In this document: in pieces, positions 55,567-64,000 of the stretch
Numbering within the stretch: position 1 is the first letter of the stretch
Layout of the letters: the number at the start of each line of letters is the position of its first letter
Program-made: the position numbers and the translations under genes
NCBI GenBank assembly: GCA_963804645.1
Contig: CAWDRG010000019.1
Span: forward strand, 128,001 to 192,000
Source of the DNA: an uncultured Bacillota bacterium
GTDB lineage: Bacteria; Sysuimicrobiota; Sysuimicrobiia; Sysuimicrobiales; Segetimicrobiaceae
Length of the DNA stretch: 64,000 nt
Reading direction: 5' to 3'
Notes under the pieces: generated by a model
What the model saw: the letters and a program-made list of their open reading frames with translations, nothing else
Database searches by the model: none
Told to the model about the DNA's origin: nothing

Positions 55567-56355
55567 ATGGCGCCGCGCGGGCCCGCTCGTCCGCTGCCCT
55601 CGAAGGCCGAGGTGTGGGACCTATTCGATCGCTATGTGGCCACCCGCGACACGCGGGTGCGGGATGAACTGGTACGCGCCCATGAGAATCTCGCGATCTA
55701 CCTCGCGCGGAAGTTCGGCGACCGCGGCGAGCCGCTCGAGGACGTCATCCAGGTCGCGCAAATCGGCCTGCTGAAGGCGATCGCCCGGTACGAGCCGTCG
55801 CGGGGCATTGAGTTTACCACGTACGCCACGCCGACGATCGTCGGGGAGATCAAGCGCCACTTCCGCGACAAGCTGTGGGCGATTCGCGTGCCGCGGCGCC
55901 TGCGGGAGTTGAACTACACGCTGATGCGCGCGGTCGAGGGGCTGTCGCAGACGCTGGGGCGGTCGCCGACGATCCCCGAGGTGGCGGAAGCCACCGGGGT
56001 CGGGTTCGACGACGTGCTCGAGGCGATGGAAGTCGGGAAGGCGTACAGCCTCGTGTCCCTGGACGCGGAAGCGTCGGAGGGCGAGGACGACCACGGGGCG
56101 CCGTTCGGGGAGTCCGTCGGCGCCCACGATCCGGAGTTTGAGACCCTGGAAGACCGGGCCACCCTGGACTGGGCCCTCAGCCGCCTTCCGGAGCGCTCGC
56201 AGGAAGTCGTGCGGCTGCGGTTTTACGAGGATCTCTCGCAGGCCGAGATCGCCCGGCGCCTCGGCATCTCGCAGATGCACGTGTCCCGGGTGCTGCGCCA
56301 GTCGCTCCTGCGGCTTCGGGCTCTGGTCGCGGGCCGCGCGACGTCATCGACCTGA
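55567..56355 (+). CDS. sigB: SigB/SigF/SigG family RNA polymerase sigma factor
   Basis: GLLKAI.RY.P.RG.EF.TYA.PTI.GEIKRHFRD, VPRRL.E and SQ.EIA..LGISQMHVSR. Confidence 0.9.
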   Translation: MAPRGPARPLPSKAEVWDLFDRYVATRDTRVRDELVRAHENLAIYLARKFGDRGEPLEDVIQVAQIGLLKAIARYEPSRGIEFTTYATPTIVGEIKRHFRDKLWAIRVPRRLRELNYTLMRAVEGLSQTLGRSPTIPEVAEATGVGFDDVLEAMEVGKAYSLVSLDAEASEGEDDHGAPFGESVGAHDPEFETLEDRATLDWALSRLPERSQEVVRLRFYEDLSQAEIARRLGISQMHVSRVLRQSLLRLRALVAGRATSST

Positions 56356-57692
56356 GCGGCGCGCCGGGCCCGCGCGCGCCCACCCTGGCCGCCGCCTCCC
56401 GGATCGTCGCCCGCCTGCGCGGCGCCGGGTTCGAGGCGTACCTCGCGGGCGGCTGCGTGCGGGACATGCTCCTCGGCCGTGCCCCGGCGGACTACGACAT
56501 CGCGACCGGCGCAACGCCCCCCGAGGTCACCGCGCTGTTTCCCGAGACCGTCCAGGTCGGTGCGGCGTTCGGGGTGGTCCAGGTGCTCGCCGGCGGCGCG
56601 GCGTACGAGGTCGCGACGTTTCGGTCGGAGGGCCCGTATCTCGACCGGCGCCACCCCTCATCGGTGCACTACGCCACGGTGCGCGACGACGCCCAGCGCC
56701 GCGACTTCACGATCAACGGGCTGTTCTGGGATCCCGAGACCCACGCGGTGCTGGACTTCGTCGGCGGGCAGGCGGATCTGGCGGCGCGGGTGGTGCGCAC
56801 GATCGGCGATCCGTCGGCGCGGTTCGCCGAGGACGCGCTGCGGATGCTGCGGGCGGTGCGGCAGGCCGCCGAGCTGGGGTATGCGATCGCGCCGGACACG
56901 AGCGAGGCGATCCGGCGCATGGCCGCCGGGCTCGAGGCCGTCAGCGCCGAGCGGGTGCGCGACGAACTCGTGCGGATCGTGACCGGGCCGGATCCGGCGC
57001 GCGGGCTCGTCCTGCTGCGCGAGACGGGACTCCTCGAGATTGTGCTGCCCGAGGTCGCGGCGGAATTCGGCGTGCCGCAGCCCGCGGAGTTTCACCCGGA
57101 AGGCGACGTGTTCGAGCACACCCGCCTCGTGCTGAAGAGCCTGCGGGCGCCCACGGTCGCGCTCGCCATGGCGGCGCTGCTCCACGACGTCGGGAAGCCG
57201 TCGACGCTCGTGCACGCCGACCGCATCCGGTTCAACGGGCACGACGAGGTCGGTGCCGAGCTCGCCCGGGAGGTGATGACGCGCCTCAGGTTCCCCCGCC
57301 GGGAGATCGACCGGGTGACCGCGCTCGTCCGCCAGCACATGATTTTCAAGGACGTGCCCCGGATGCGTGAGGCGCGCCTCCGGCGTTTGCTCGACGAGCC
57401 GGAGTTTCCCGAGCTGGTGGAGCTGCACCGTGCCGACTGCGCGGCGAGCCACGGGGATCTGTCGACGTACGAGTGGGTGCGGGCCAGGCAGGCGGAGATC
57501 GCCGCCCATCCGCCGGCCCCGCGGTACGTCACGGGGGACAACCTGCTCGCGCTCGGCGTGCCGCCGGGCCCGCGGATCGGTGAGATCCTCCGGGCGGTCG
57601 ACGACGCGCGGCTCGAGGGACGCGTCCGGACGCCGGAGGAGGCGATCGCGCTGGCGCGCACGCTGGCGGCCGACACGCCCGGAGACGGGTAG
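56352..57692 (+). CDS. cca: CCA tRNA nucleotidyltransferase (class II, HD domain), probable CTG start
   Basis: EAYLAGGCVRD, DYDIAT, EVATFR, RRDFTIN, EDALRMLRA.R and LLHDVGKP. The conserved N-terminus extends upstream of the first canonical start (56457). Confidence 0.9.
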   Translation: MSGAPGPRAPTLAAASRIVARLRGAGFEAYLAGGCVRDMLLGRAPADYDIATGATPPEVTALFPETVQVGAAFGVVQVLAGGAAYEVATFRSEGPYLDRRHPSSVHYATVRDDAQRRDFTINGLFWDPETHAVLDFVGGQADLAARVVRTIGDPSARFAEDALRMLRAVRQAAELGYAIAPDTSEAIRRMAAGLEAVSAERVRDELVRIVTGPDPARGLVLLRETGLLEIVLPEVAAEFGVPQPAEFHPEGDVFEHTRLVLKSLRAPTVALAMAALLHDVGKPSTLVHADRIRFNGHDEVGAELAREVMTRLRFPRREIDRVTALVRQHMIFKDVPRMREARLRRLLDEPEFPELVELHRADCAASHGDLSTYEWVRARQAEIAAHPPAPRYVTGDNLLALGVPPGPRIGEILRAVDDARLEGRVRTPEEAIALARTLAADTPGDG

Positions 57693-57777
57693 CGCCGGCG
57701 CATGCCGGAGGAGATGCGGCGCGCCTGGTCGAACTGACGTACGTTCGGGCACGGCCCCGAACGCGGAGGGCATCGGA

Positions 57778-58611
57778 CTGCAAGCACGATCGCGCACGAC
57801 GACGCGTGTCATCGCCCTCGTCAACCAGAAGGGCGGATGCGGCAAGACGACGACCGCGGTGAACCTGGCCGCGTGCCTCGCCGTCAACAAGCGTCGGGTG
57901 CTGCTGGTCGACTTCGATCCCCAGGCGAACGCGACTGTCAGCCTCGGGGTGGATCCCGGAGAGTTGTCGCGGACGGTGTACCAGGTGATCGTCGCGGATC
58001 CGGGGGAGGACGGCGAAGGCGTCGAGCTGGCCAGCGTCATCACGCCTTCCAGCATCGAGCACCTCGACCTCGTGCCGTCGTCGATCGATCTGGCCGCCGC
58101 CGAGCTCGAGCTGTCGGCCCGCATCGGCCGGGAGAACACGCTCCGCAAGAAGCTCGCCCCGGTGCGGGATCAGTACGACTACGTCCTGATCGACACGCCG
58201 CCGTCGCTCGGCCTCCTGACCCTTAACGCCCTCGTGGCGTGCGATGAGGTCATCATTCCGATCCAGACCCACTACTACGCGCTGCTCGGAATGCGGCAGC
58301 TGCTGCGCACGATCAAGGTCGTGCGCGAGGAGGTCGGACACGAGATCGAGATCGCCGGGGTCGTGCCGACGATGTACGACGCCCGGACGAGCATCAGCAA
58401 GGAGATCCTCGAGGGCATCAAGGACTACTTCGGCGATCGGATGTTCAAGAGCGCGATTCACCAGAATATCAAGCTGGTGGAGTCCAGCATGGTGGGCGTG
58501 CCAGTGTTTGTCCACGACTCTTCCTCACGCGGCGCCCAGGAGTACATGGCGCTCGCGAAGGAGGTGATGGCCCTTGAGCAAGCGCCGCGACGCGCTCCGG
58601 CGGGGCATTAG
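57778..58611 (+). CDS. ParA/Soj family ATPase (orphan), probable CTG start
   Basis: NQKGGCGKTT deviant Walker A, DFDPQANAT, IDTPPSLG and TMYDAR. GGAGG lies 8 nt before in-frame CTG 57778. Confidence 0.92.
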   Translation: MQARSRTTTRVIALVNQKGGCGKTTTAVNLAACLAVNKRRVLLVDFDPQANATVSLGVDPGELSRTVYQVIVADPGEDGEGVELASVITPSSIEHLDLVPSSIDLAAAELELSARIGRENTLRKKLAPVRDQYDYVLIDTPPSLGLLTLNALVACDEVIIPIQTHYYALLGMRQLLRTIKVVREEVGHEIEIAGVVPTMYDARTSISKEILEGIKDYFGDRMFKSAIHQNIKLVESSMVGVPVFVHDSSSRGAQEYMALAKEVMALEQAPRRAPAGH

Positions 58612-59410
58612 GTCCCTGATTCACGACACCTCCCGCGAGCTCGCGGACCTGGACAGCCGCGAGACGCCGCGCGGGGGTGCCGACGAGCACGGCACGGCCG
58701 CGCCGATCGACGACGCGACGGCCGAGCGCGACGCCCGGCCGTCGGCGGATGCCGTGCCGGGTCCGTTCGGGGAGGACGTCGGCGGGCCCTCAATCGACGC
58801 CGAAAGCGACGGGCTCCTGAACGCGGAAGTCATGGCGGTCGAGGTGCGCGAGATCAGCCGCGGACCGGCGACCCAGCCCGCCCGTGAGCCGCGAGAGACG
58901 GCTGACCCCGAGCGGCACGTCGCGGAGCCGGCGGAGGTGGCGGCGGCCGAACCCGTCGAGGCGGCCCCACAGGCCGATGGGCCGGCCGCGCCTGTGCAGG
59001 AGGCGCTCACGATCGCGCCCCCGGTCCCTGGCGCGGCACCCGAGCAGCCCGTGACGCTCGGCCTCGAGGGGATGGCCGAGGCGGCGCCGGCCGGCGAGCA
59101 GGACACCGGGGCGCCGTCCCGCAAGCGCCCGACGCGCGCCGCGTCCAAGAAGGCGGCGAAGCGGGCGGGTGCGCGCCAGGCGGTCCGCATGCCGGCCGGC
59201 GAGGCGCTGGATGGGGTCGACCCGGCGCAGGCGCAGTCTCGGCGGGGTGTATGCGTGGCCTATTTCGTGGACCACGCGTGCTGGCACGTGACGAACGCCT
59301 ACTGCAACACGGCGCTGCATGTCTGCGTCATGCGCGACTGCCCCGTGTACCATCTCCACCGGGACGCCCTCGAGAAGCGGTTCGCCGGCAAATACAAGCA
59401 CTTTTGGTGA
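58574..59410 (+). CDS. Hypothetical ParA partner: basic N-terminal peptide, disordered linker and Cys/His-rich C-terminal domain
   Basis: GGAGG then TTG start overlapping the parA 3' end; MSKRRDALRRGIRSLI...C-x8-C-x7-C-x6-C-x4-CPVY. Confidence 0.78.
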   Translation: MSKRRDALRRGIRSLIHDTSRELADLDSRETPRGGADEHGTAAPIDDATAERDARPSADAVPGPFGEDVGGPSIDAESDGLLNAEVMAVEVREISRGPATQPAREPRETADPERHVAEPAEVAAAEPVEAAPQADGPAAPVQEALTIAPPVPGAAPEQPVTLGLEGMAEAAPAGEQDTGAPSRKRPTRAASKKAAKRAGARQAVRMPAGEALDGVDPAQAQSRRGVCVAYFVDHACWHVTNAYCNTALHVCVMRDCPVYHLHRDALEKRFAGKYKHFW

Positions 59411-59417
59411 TCGGCGC

Positions 59418-60080
59418 TTATCCGGAGAGGTCGAGCTCCAGGAGTTCGCGGAGGTGCTGGACCGTCCGCCAGGGCGTGACCCCGCGCTGGCGCAGTTCCT
59501 CGGCGGGCCGGCGGTACGCGATGAAGCGCGCGCCGGCGTCCGCCGCCGCGGCCCCGTCGATCCATGAGTCGCCGATCACGTAGGCGCGCTCGCCGGCACT
59601 CCCGAGACGCCGGAGCACCTCGCGCACGCCGTCGCCGGCCGGTTTGAGCGTGCTGACGTCGCCGCGGGCCACGAGCGTCTGTGCGTACTCCAGGAGGCGC
59701 GTCGCGCGCAGCGCCTCGAGGGCGGCGGCGCGGCTGTTGTTCGTGAGGATCGCGACCGGGTGCCCGCGCGCGCCGAGCGCACGCAGCACCGCGGGGGCGT
59801 CGTCGAGCACGTCGACCTCGACGAGCCCGGCGCGCTCATACGCGTCGATGATCCGCCACATCTCCTCGGCCGTCGCCGTGCCGTGCGCGCGGTCGTGGTC
59901 CGTCCCGCACGTCACGAGCTCGGGGATCGCGCGGCGCGTTAGGGCCTCGTCGGTCGCGTCCGTCGCGCCCGCGCTCCGCAGCAGGGCGATTAGGGCCCGG
60001 CGGATCGCCAAGAAGTCGATCCGCGACCCGATCAAGGTGTTGTCCATGTCGAAGATCAGCGCCGAGGCGGTCGGCATCAT
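59418..60080 (-). CDS. HAD-superfamily hydrolase (phosphoglycolate phosphatase-like)
   Basis: IFDMDNTL, LTNN, KP and IGDSWID motifs. TACAAT (60087-60092) lies 6 nt before ATG 60080. Confidence 0.9.
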   Translation of the reverse strand: MMPTASALIFDMDNTLIGSRIDFLAIRRALIALLRSAGATDATDEALTRRAIPELVTCGTDHDRAHGTATAEEMWRIIDAYERAGLVEVDVLDDAPAVLRALGARGHPVAILTNNSRAAALEALRATRLLEYAQTLVARGDVSTLKPAGDGVREVLRRLGSAGERAYVIGDSWIDGAAAADAGARFIAYRRPAEELRQRGVTPWRTVQHLRELLELDLSG

Positions 60081-60183
60081 ACGGGGATTGTACGATGCCG
60101 TCGCGCGGCGCCGCAACGGTGTGCCGCGCCACGCGTCGACGGGCGGCGGAGGAGACGCGCCCCCGGCCGGCGTACCCCGCGGC

Positions 60184-60708
60184 ATGACCGTCCGGCGCAC
60201 GCTCGCGCTGGCGCTCGCGGGCGCCGTCCTCGCGACGGCGTGCGCCGGTGGACCCCAAGCGGCGCGCCCGCAGGGCGGGGCGCCTGTTCCGTCATCCCGG
60301 GTCGGGCTCAGCACCGACACCGCGTTTGTGACCGTGGTGCGCGCGACCGCGGTGGGCAGCACGTCGGCGCGCCTCGGGACACGGGAGGGGGCGTCCGTCC
60401 TCGAGGCGGCGTGGCGCCTGATCGGGACGGCCCCGTCGGTGGCCCCCGAGCCGGGCGGGCCGCGCTTCCTCGTGAATTTACGCCTCAACGCGTCGCTCGT
60501 GGACGTGTCGATCTGGGACCCGCAGACGCTGGTGATCGCCGGACGCAGATTCGCGAACGTGTCCGGCATCGTCATCCCGCTGACCGGGAGCTGGGAGGGG
60601 CGCGTGTTCATTGTGCGAGAAGGAGTGGTGGACGTGTCCCCGGCGCTCGCGCCCGCCGACGTGGCGAGCTTCGAGACGGCGGTGGAGGCGGCCGGTGGCC
60701 ATTCATGA
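60184..60708 (+). CDS. Hypothetical lipoprotein
   Basis: Signal peptide MTVRRTLALALAGAVLATA-C (lipobox); ends shortly before asnS. Confidence 0.65.
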   Translation: MTVRRTLALALAGAVLATACAGGPQAARPQGGAPVPSSRVGLSTDTAFVTVVRATAVGSTSARLGTREGASVLEAAWRLIGTAPSVAPEPGGPRFLVNLRLNASLVDVSIWDPQTLVIAGRRFANVSGIVIPLTGSWEGRVFIVREGVVDVSPALAPADVASFETAVEAAGGHS

Positions 60709-60726
60709 GGGTGAGGTGACGACCGG

Positions 60727-62019
60727 ATGACGGCGACGACGATCGAACGCATCGGGGAGCATGCCGGGGAAGAGGTCGAGATCCGGGGCTGGCTCTATCA
60801 CCTGCGCAGCAGCGGTGCGCTGCACTTCCTGCTGGTCCGCGACGGCACCGGGATCGTGCAGGCCGTCGCGGTGCGGGCGGAGCTCCCGCCCGAGGTGTTC
60901 GCGGCGGCGGGCGATCTCACCCAGGAGTCCGCGGTCGTGATCGCCGGCCTCGCCCGGGAAGACCGCCGGGCGCCGGGGGGATATGAAGTGGCGCTCCGGC
61001 GCCTCGAGGTGGTGCAGCGGGCCGAGCCGTATCCGATCACGCCCAAGGAGCACGGCGTCGAGTTCCTGATGGACCACCGGCACCTGTGGCTCAGGAGTCA
61101 GCGGCAGTGGGCGATCATGCGCGTTCGGGCGGAGGTCGAGCGGGCGATGTGCGACTATCTCGACGACCTCGGCTACCTCCGGATGGACACGCCGATCCTG
61201 ACCCCGTCCGCGTGCGAGGGGACCTCAAACCTGTTCGAGACCCCGTACTTCGAGCGCCAGGCGTACCTCACGCAGAGCGGCCAGCTGTACAACGAGGCGA
61301 CCGCCATGGCGTTCGGACGGGTCTACTGCTTCGGCCCGACGTTTCGCGCCGAGAAGTCCAAGACCCGGCGGCATCTCACGGAGTTCTGGATGCTCGAGCC
61401 GGAAGCGGCCTTTCTCGATCTCGACGGGTATATGGACCTGGCGGAGGGCTTGGTCGTCGCGGTCGTGCGCCGTGTGCTCGAGCGGCGGCGGCGGGAGCTC
61501 GTGCTGCTGGAGCGCGACCTCGCGCCCCTCGAGCGCGTCGCGTCGCCGTTCCCGCGGATCACCTACGACGACGCGGTCGAGCGCCTGCGGGCGCAGGGCG
61601 CCGCGGTCGCGTGGGGCGACGACTTCGGCGGCGACGAGGAGACGGTGCTGAGCCGGCAGTTCGACCGTCCGGTGTTCGTCCACCGGTATCCGGCTCAGTG
61701 CAAGGCGTTCTACATGCAGCCGGATCCGGCCCGCCCGGAGGTGGTGCTCGGCGCGGATCTCCTGGCCCCCGAGGGGTACGGCGAGATCGTCGGCGGCGGC
61801 GAGCGCATCCATGACCTCGCGCTGATGGAGCGGCGCCTCGATGAGATGAAGCTGCCGCGCGCGGAGTACGCGTGGTACGTGGATCTGCGTCGGTTCGGGT
61901 CCGTGCCCCACAGCGGATTCGGCATCGGGATCGAACGGACCGTGGCGTGGGTGTGCGGCCTGGAGCACGTGCGGGAGACCATTCCGTTCCCGCGGCTGAT
62001 CAACCGCCTGTATCCGTGA
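60727..62019 (+). CDS. asnS: Asparagine--tRNA ligase
   Basis: [42 protein letters not shown] and PHSGFG.GIER. Confidence 0.95.
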   Translation: MTATTIERIGEHAGEEVEIRGWLYHLRSSGALHFLLVRDGTGIVQAVAVRAELPPEVFAAAGDLTQESAVVIAGLAREDRRAPGGYEVALRRLEVVQRAEPYPITPKEHGVEFLMDHRHLWLRSQRQWAIMRVRAEVERAMCDYLDDLGYLRMDTPILTPSACEGTSNLFETPYFERQAYLTQSGQLYNEATAMAFGRVYCFGPTFRAEKSKTRRHLTEFWMLEPEAAFLDLDGYMDLAEGLVVAVVRRVLERRRRELVLLERDLAPLERVASPFPRITYDDAVERLRAQGAAVAWGDDFGGDEETVLSRQFDRPVFVHRYPAQCKAFYMQPDPARPEVVLGADLLAPEGYGEIVGGGERIHDLALMERRLDEMKLPRAEYAWYVDLRRFGSVPHSGFGIGIERTVAWVCGLEHVRETIPFPRLINRLYP

Positions 62020-62026
62020 TGCGCCG

Positions 62027-62728
62027 CTACGGCGCCGGCTGGACCTCTCCCGATCCGGTGATGTGCTGGATGATCTCGCGGGGCTGCCCGACGTAGCTGA
62101 CCTGGCCGGTGCCGGAGATGGTCGCCGTGAGCTGATCGCGCGCGTCGACCGCGACCTGGCCCACCCCCGCGATCACGACGTCGACGAGATCGGCCGGGAG
62201 CCGACGCGCATCGACGTCGGCGACGCCCGTGACTTCGATCGTCAGATGGCGGACCGCGCCCGAGAGCGTGGCGCGCCCCGCGCCCGCGAACCGCGCCGTG
62301 AACGCGTCGCCGGAGATCTGCGAGGCCGCGAGCGTCCCGGTGCCGGTCGCCGAGAGGTCCGCGAGCCGCCAGGTGAAGATGTCGAGGCGGGGCGGCCGCG
62401 AGGGCTGCAGGGTGGTGCCGCGCTGCGTACCGATCGAGAGCGTGTCCTTCGTGATCGAGGTTTCAATGTAGGGGAGGAGGCTGGCATCGGTGTACAGGGT
62501 CACGTCGGGGGTCGACCCGGCCAGTACCTGGACATCGTATGCGCCACCCACGTGCAGTTCGGTGAAGTAGGGCATCGCGCGCGCCTCGGCGACGATGCCG
62601 CCCGCTCCGGCGACGATCGCGGGGGACGTGGCGCACCCCCCGGCGACGAGCCCGAGCGCGGCGACCGCGGTCGCGGTCCAGCGCCGGAGCCGGTCTGGGC
62701 GTCGCGCCGGTGCCGTGAGACGGCTCAT
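62027..62728 (-). CDS. GIN-domain (DUF2807) lipoprotein
   Basis: Lipobox VAGG-C, repeated G.G beta-helix units and C-terminal ISGTG.V.Y.G.P....ITGSG.V. Confidence 0.85.
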   Translation of the reverse strand: MSRLTAPARRPDRLRRWTATAVAALGLVAGGCATSPAIVAGAGGIVAEARAMPYFTELHVGGAYDVQVLAGSTPDVTLYTDASLLPYIETSITKDTLSIGTQRGTTLQPSRPPRLDIFTWRLADLSATGTGTLAASQISGDAFTARFAGAGRATLSGAVRHLTIEVTGVADVDARRLPADLVDVVIAGVGQVAVDARDQLTATISGTGQVSYVGQPREIIQHITGSGEVQPAP

Positions 62729-62784
62729 CGTGCCTCCCCCTCGGTCGCTGTTGCGGACTCGATTCGCCGCGGCCGTCCGCGGCC

Positions 62785-63501
62785 CTACGAGTAGAACTCG
62801 GGCGCTTTCTTGAGCTTCTTCCATTCCTCCGCATCGTGGCCGTAGATGATGAGGCTCACATGCTCGCGGGCGGCGAGGTCCACGAGTTTGCGCGTACTCG
62901 CGCGCACGCCGTCCTCGTCGAGGTCGTACGGGCCGATCGGGCGGGTCTCCGGCGTGTGGTCCCGCAGGGCCTGGGGCATCGCGTCGATCGCGAGCAGCAC
63001 GGGGCCGGTCTCTGGCAGGCGCACCAGCACCGATTGATGCCCGGGGACGTGGCCGCTCGTTTCGATCAGCTCGATGCCCGGCAGCAGCGTGGTATCGCCG
63101 TGGATCAGATTGTAGCGCAGCTGCGGGTTGCCCCACTGGTCCCGCGTCCCGGCGAACCGGGGGTGGCCGCCGCGCGCCGCCTGGTACTGCCGGCGCTGCG
63201 CGACGATCTCCGATGCGGTGAAGGCTCCGAGCGAGCCCGCGTGGTCCCCATCGAAATGCGTCGCGATGACGTACTTGATGTCAGCGGGAGGCACACCGAG
63301 GCGCATCAGCTGGCTGAGGACGAGGTCCTCCTTGTTGACGATGAAGCCTTTGTGATCGGGACGGTGGCTGGTCTCCACCATCTTGGGGCCGAACCCGGTG
63401 TCCACGAGGACGTTCGTCCCGTCGTCCGTGCGAATGAGATACCCCGGCGCCGGCGCTCCCGTGGTTGGGTTGAAGGCGAGCTGCATGACGTAGAGCTTCA
63501 T
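62785..63501 (-). CDS. Metallo-beta-lactamase fold protein, N-acyl homoserine lactonase family
   Basis: YLI...NVLVDTG, THFDGDHAG, GHVPGHQS, IDA and GHD. Confidence 0.87.
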   Translation of the reverse strand: MKLYVMQLAFNPTTGAPAPGYLIRTDDGTNVLVDTGFGPKMVETSHRPDHKGFIVNKEDLVLSQLMRLGVPPADIKYVIATHFDGDHAGSLGAFTASEIVAQRRQYQAARGGHPRFAGTRDQWGNPQLRYNLIHGDTTLLPGIELIETSGHVPGHQSVLVRLPETGPVLLAIDAMPQALRDHTPETRPIGPYDLDEDGVRASTRKLVDLAAREHVSLIIYGHDAEEWKKLKKAPEFYS

Positions 63502-63667
63502 CGGTGGTCCCCCCGTCGTATGCTAGATGCCGCGGCGTCCCGTGCCGCGTTTTGCAGGCATGCAATCGAGCCGGGCAGCGCCGTGCCGCCCAACTCCACT
63601 CGGCGTATCTTCCACGCGGCGCCGCCGACACCTTGCGTTGACGCTAATATCATGTGCCCCAGATCAC

Positions 63668-63693
63668 GTCTACCCGGTCGTCGAGACGGGTAT
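63668..63693 (+). promoter_or_regulatory. Candidate SigB/SigF-type promoter
   Basis: GTCTA-N15-GGGTAT, one mismatch from the GTTTA-N15-GGGTAT type consensus. Confidence 0.4.
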
Positions 63694-63757
63694 AACGATT
63701 CTTGATAGCTGGTTGAGACCGATCCGCAGCCGTGTCAGCCAAAGTCGAACCGGGAGG

Positions 63758-64000
63758 ATGACGGCGGTGCTGTCACCAGGCGGGCCGGGAAAGATCGTCG
63801 GCTTTCTCGATCGACTGGCCGGGGAGTTCACGGCCGTCGTCAACCTGTCCGACTTCCTCCAGTGGATCGTGAGCGTGTTGGGCGAGGATCTGGGCTACGA
63901 CTCGTGTGCCGCGGCGCTGGTGAACGACCGCGACCCCGACGTGATGGTGGTGGGGGCCGCGTCAGGATTACTGCTCGGTCTGCTGGGCACCACGATCTCT
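63758..64000 (+). CDS. N-terminal part of a GAF-domain signalling protein, truncated by the window edge
   Basis: Open frame after GGAGG reads ...L.D.L..IV..L...LGYD.CA.ALV......V.AASG, a typical GAF start. Confidence 0.6.
   Translation, partial: MTAVLSPGGPGKIVGFLDRLAGEFTAVVNLSDFLQWIVSVLGEDLGYDSCAAALVNDRDPDVMVVGAASGLLLGLLGTTIS

Overview
Ordinary chromosomal core region of a very GC-rich bacterium. The gene order (tig-clpP-clpX-lon...T-box-valS; secD-secF-recJ-rel-dtd-hisS-aspS-rarA-mnmA; ytxG/ytxH-rsbW-sigB) is Firmicutes-like, which suggests a high-GC Terrabacteria lineage (inference only). The window holds about 63 CDS, tRNA-Lys(CTT), tRNA-Leu(TAG), a Val T-box riboswitch, a partial F420 biosynthesis cluster, part of a paa-type aromatic catabolism operon and two eroded toxin-antitoxin loci. 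I saw no CRISPR array, prophage or transposase. The most notable signals the ORF track misses or does not explain are: (1) an orphan ParA ATPase coupled to an unknown partner with a ParB-like N-terminal peptide, a long disordered linker and a 5-Cys C-terminal domain; (2) a hidden UxxC ArsC-like selenoprotein; (3) a doc toxin gene split by a 74-bp micro-inversion that re-inverts into a perfect reading frame; (4) a RecJ-HIRAN-pseudohelicase fusion; (5) probable CTG start codons in two consecutive genes; (6) an RsbW lacking its kinase residues with no rsbV nearby. Two frameshifts in G homopolymers may be assembly errors. All family calls come from motif recognition by eye; no searches were run.
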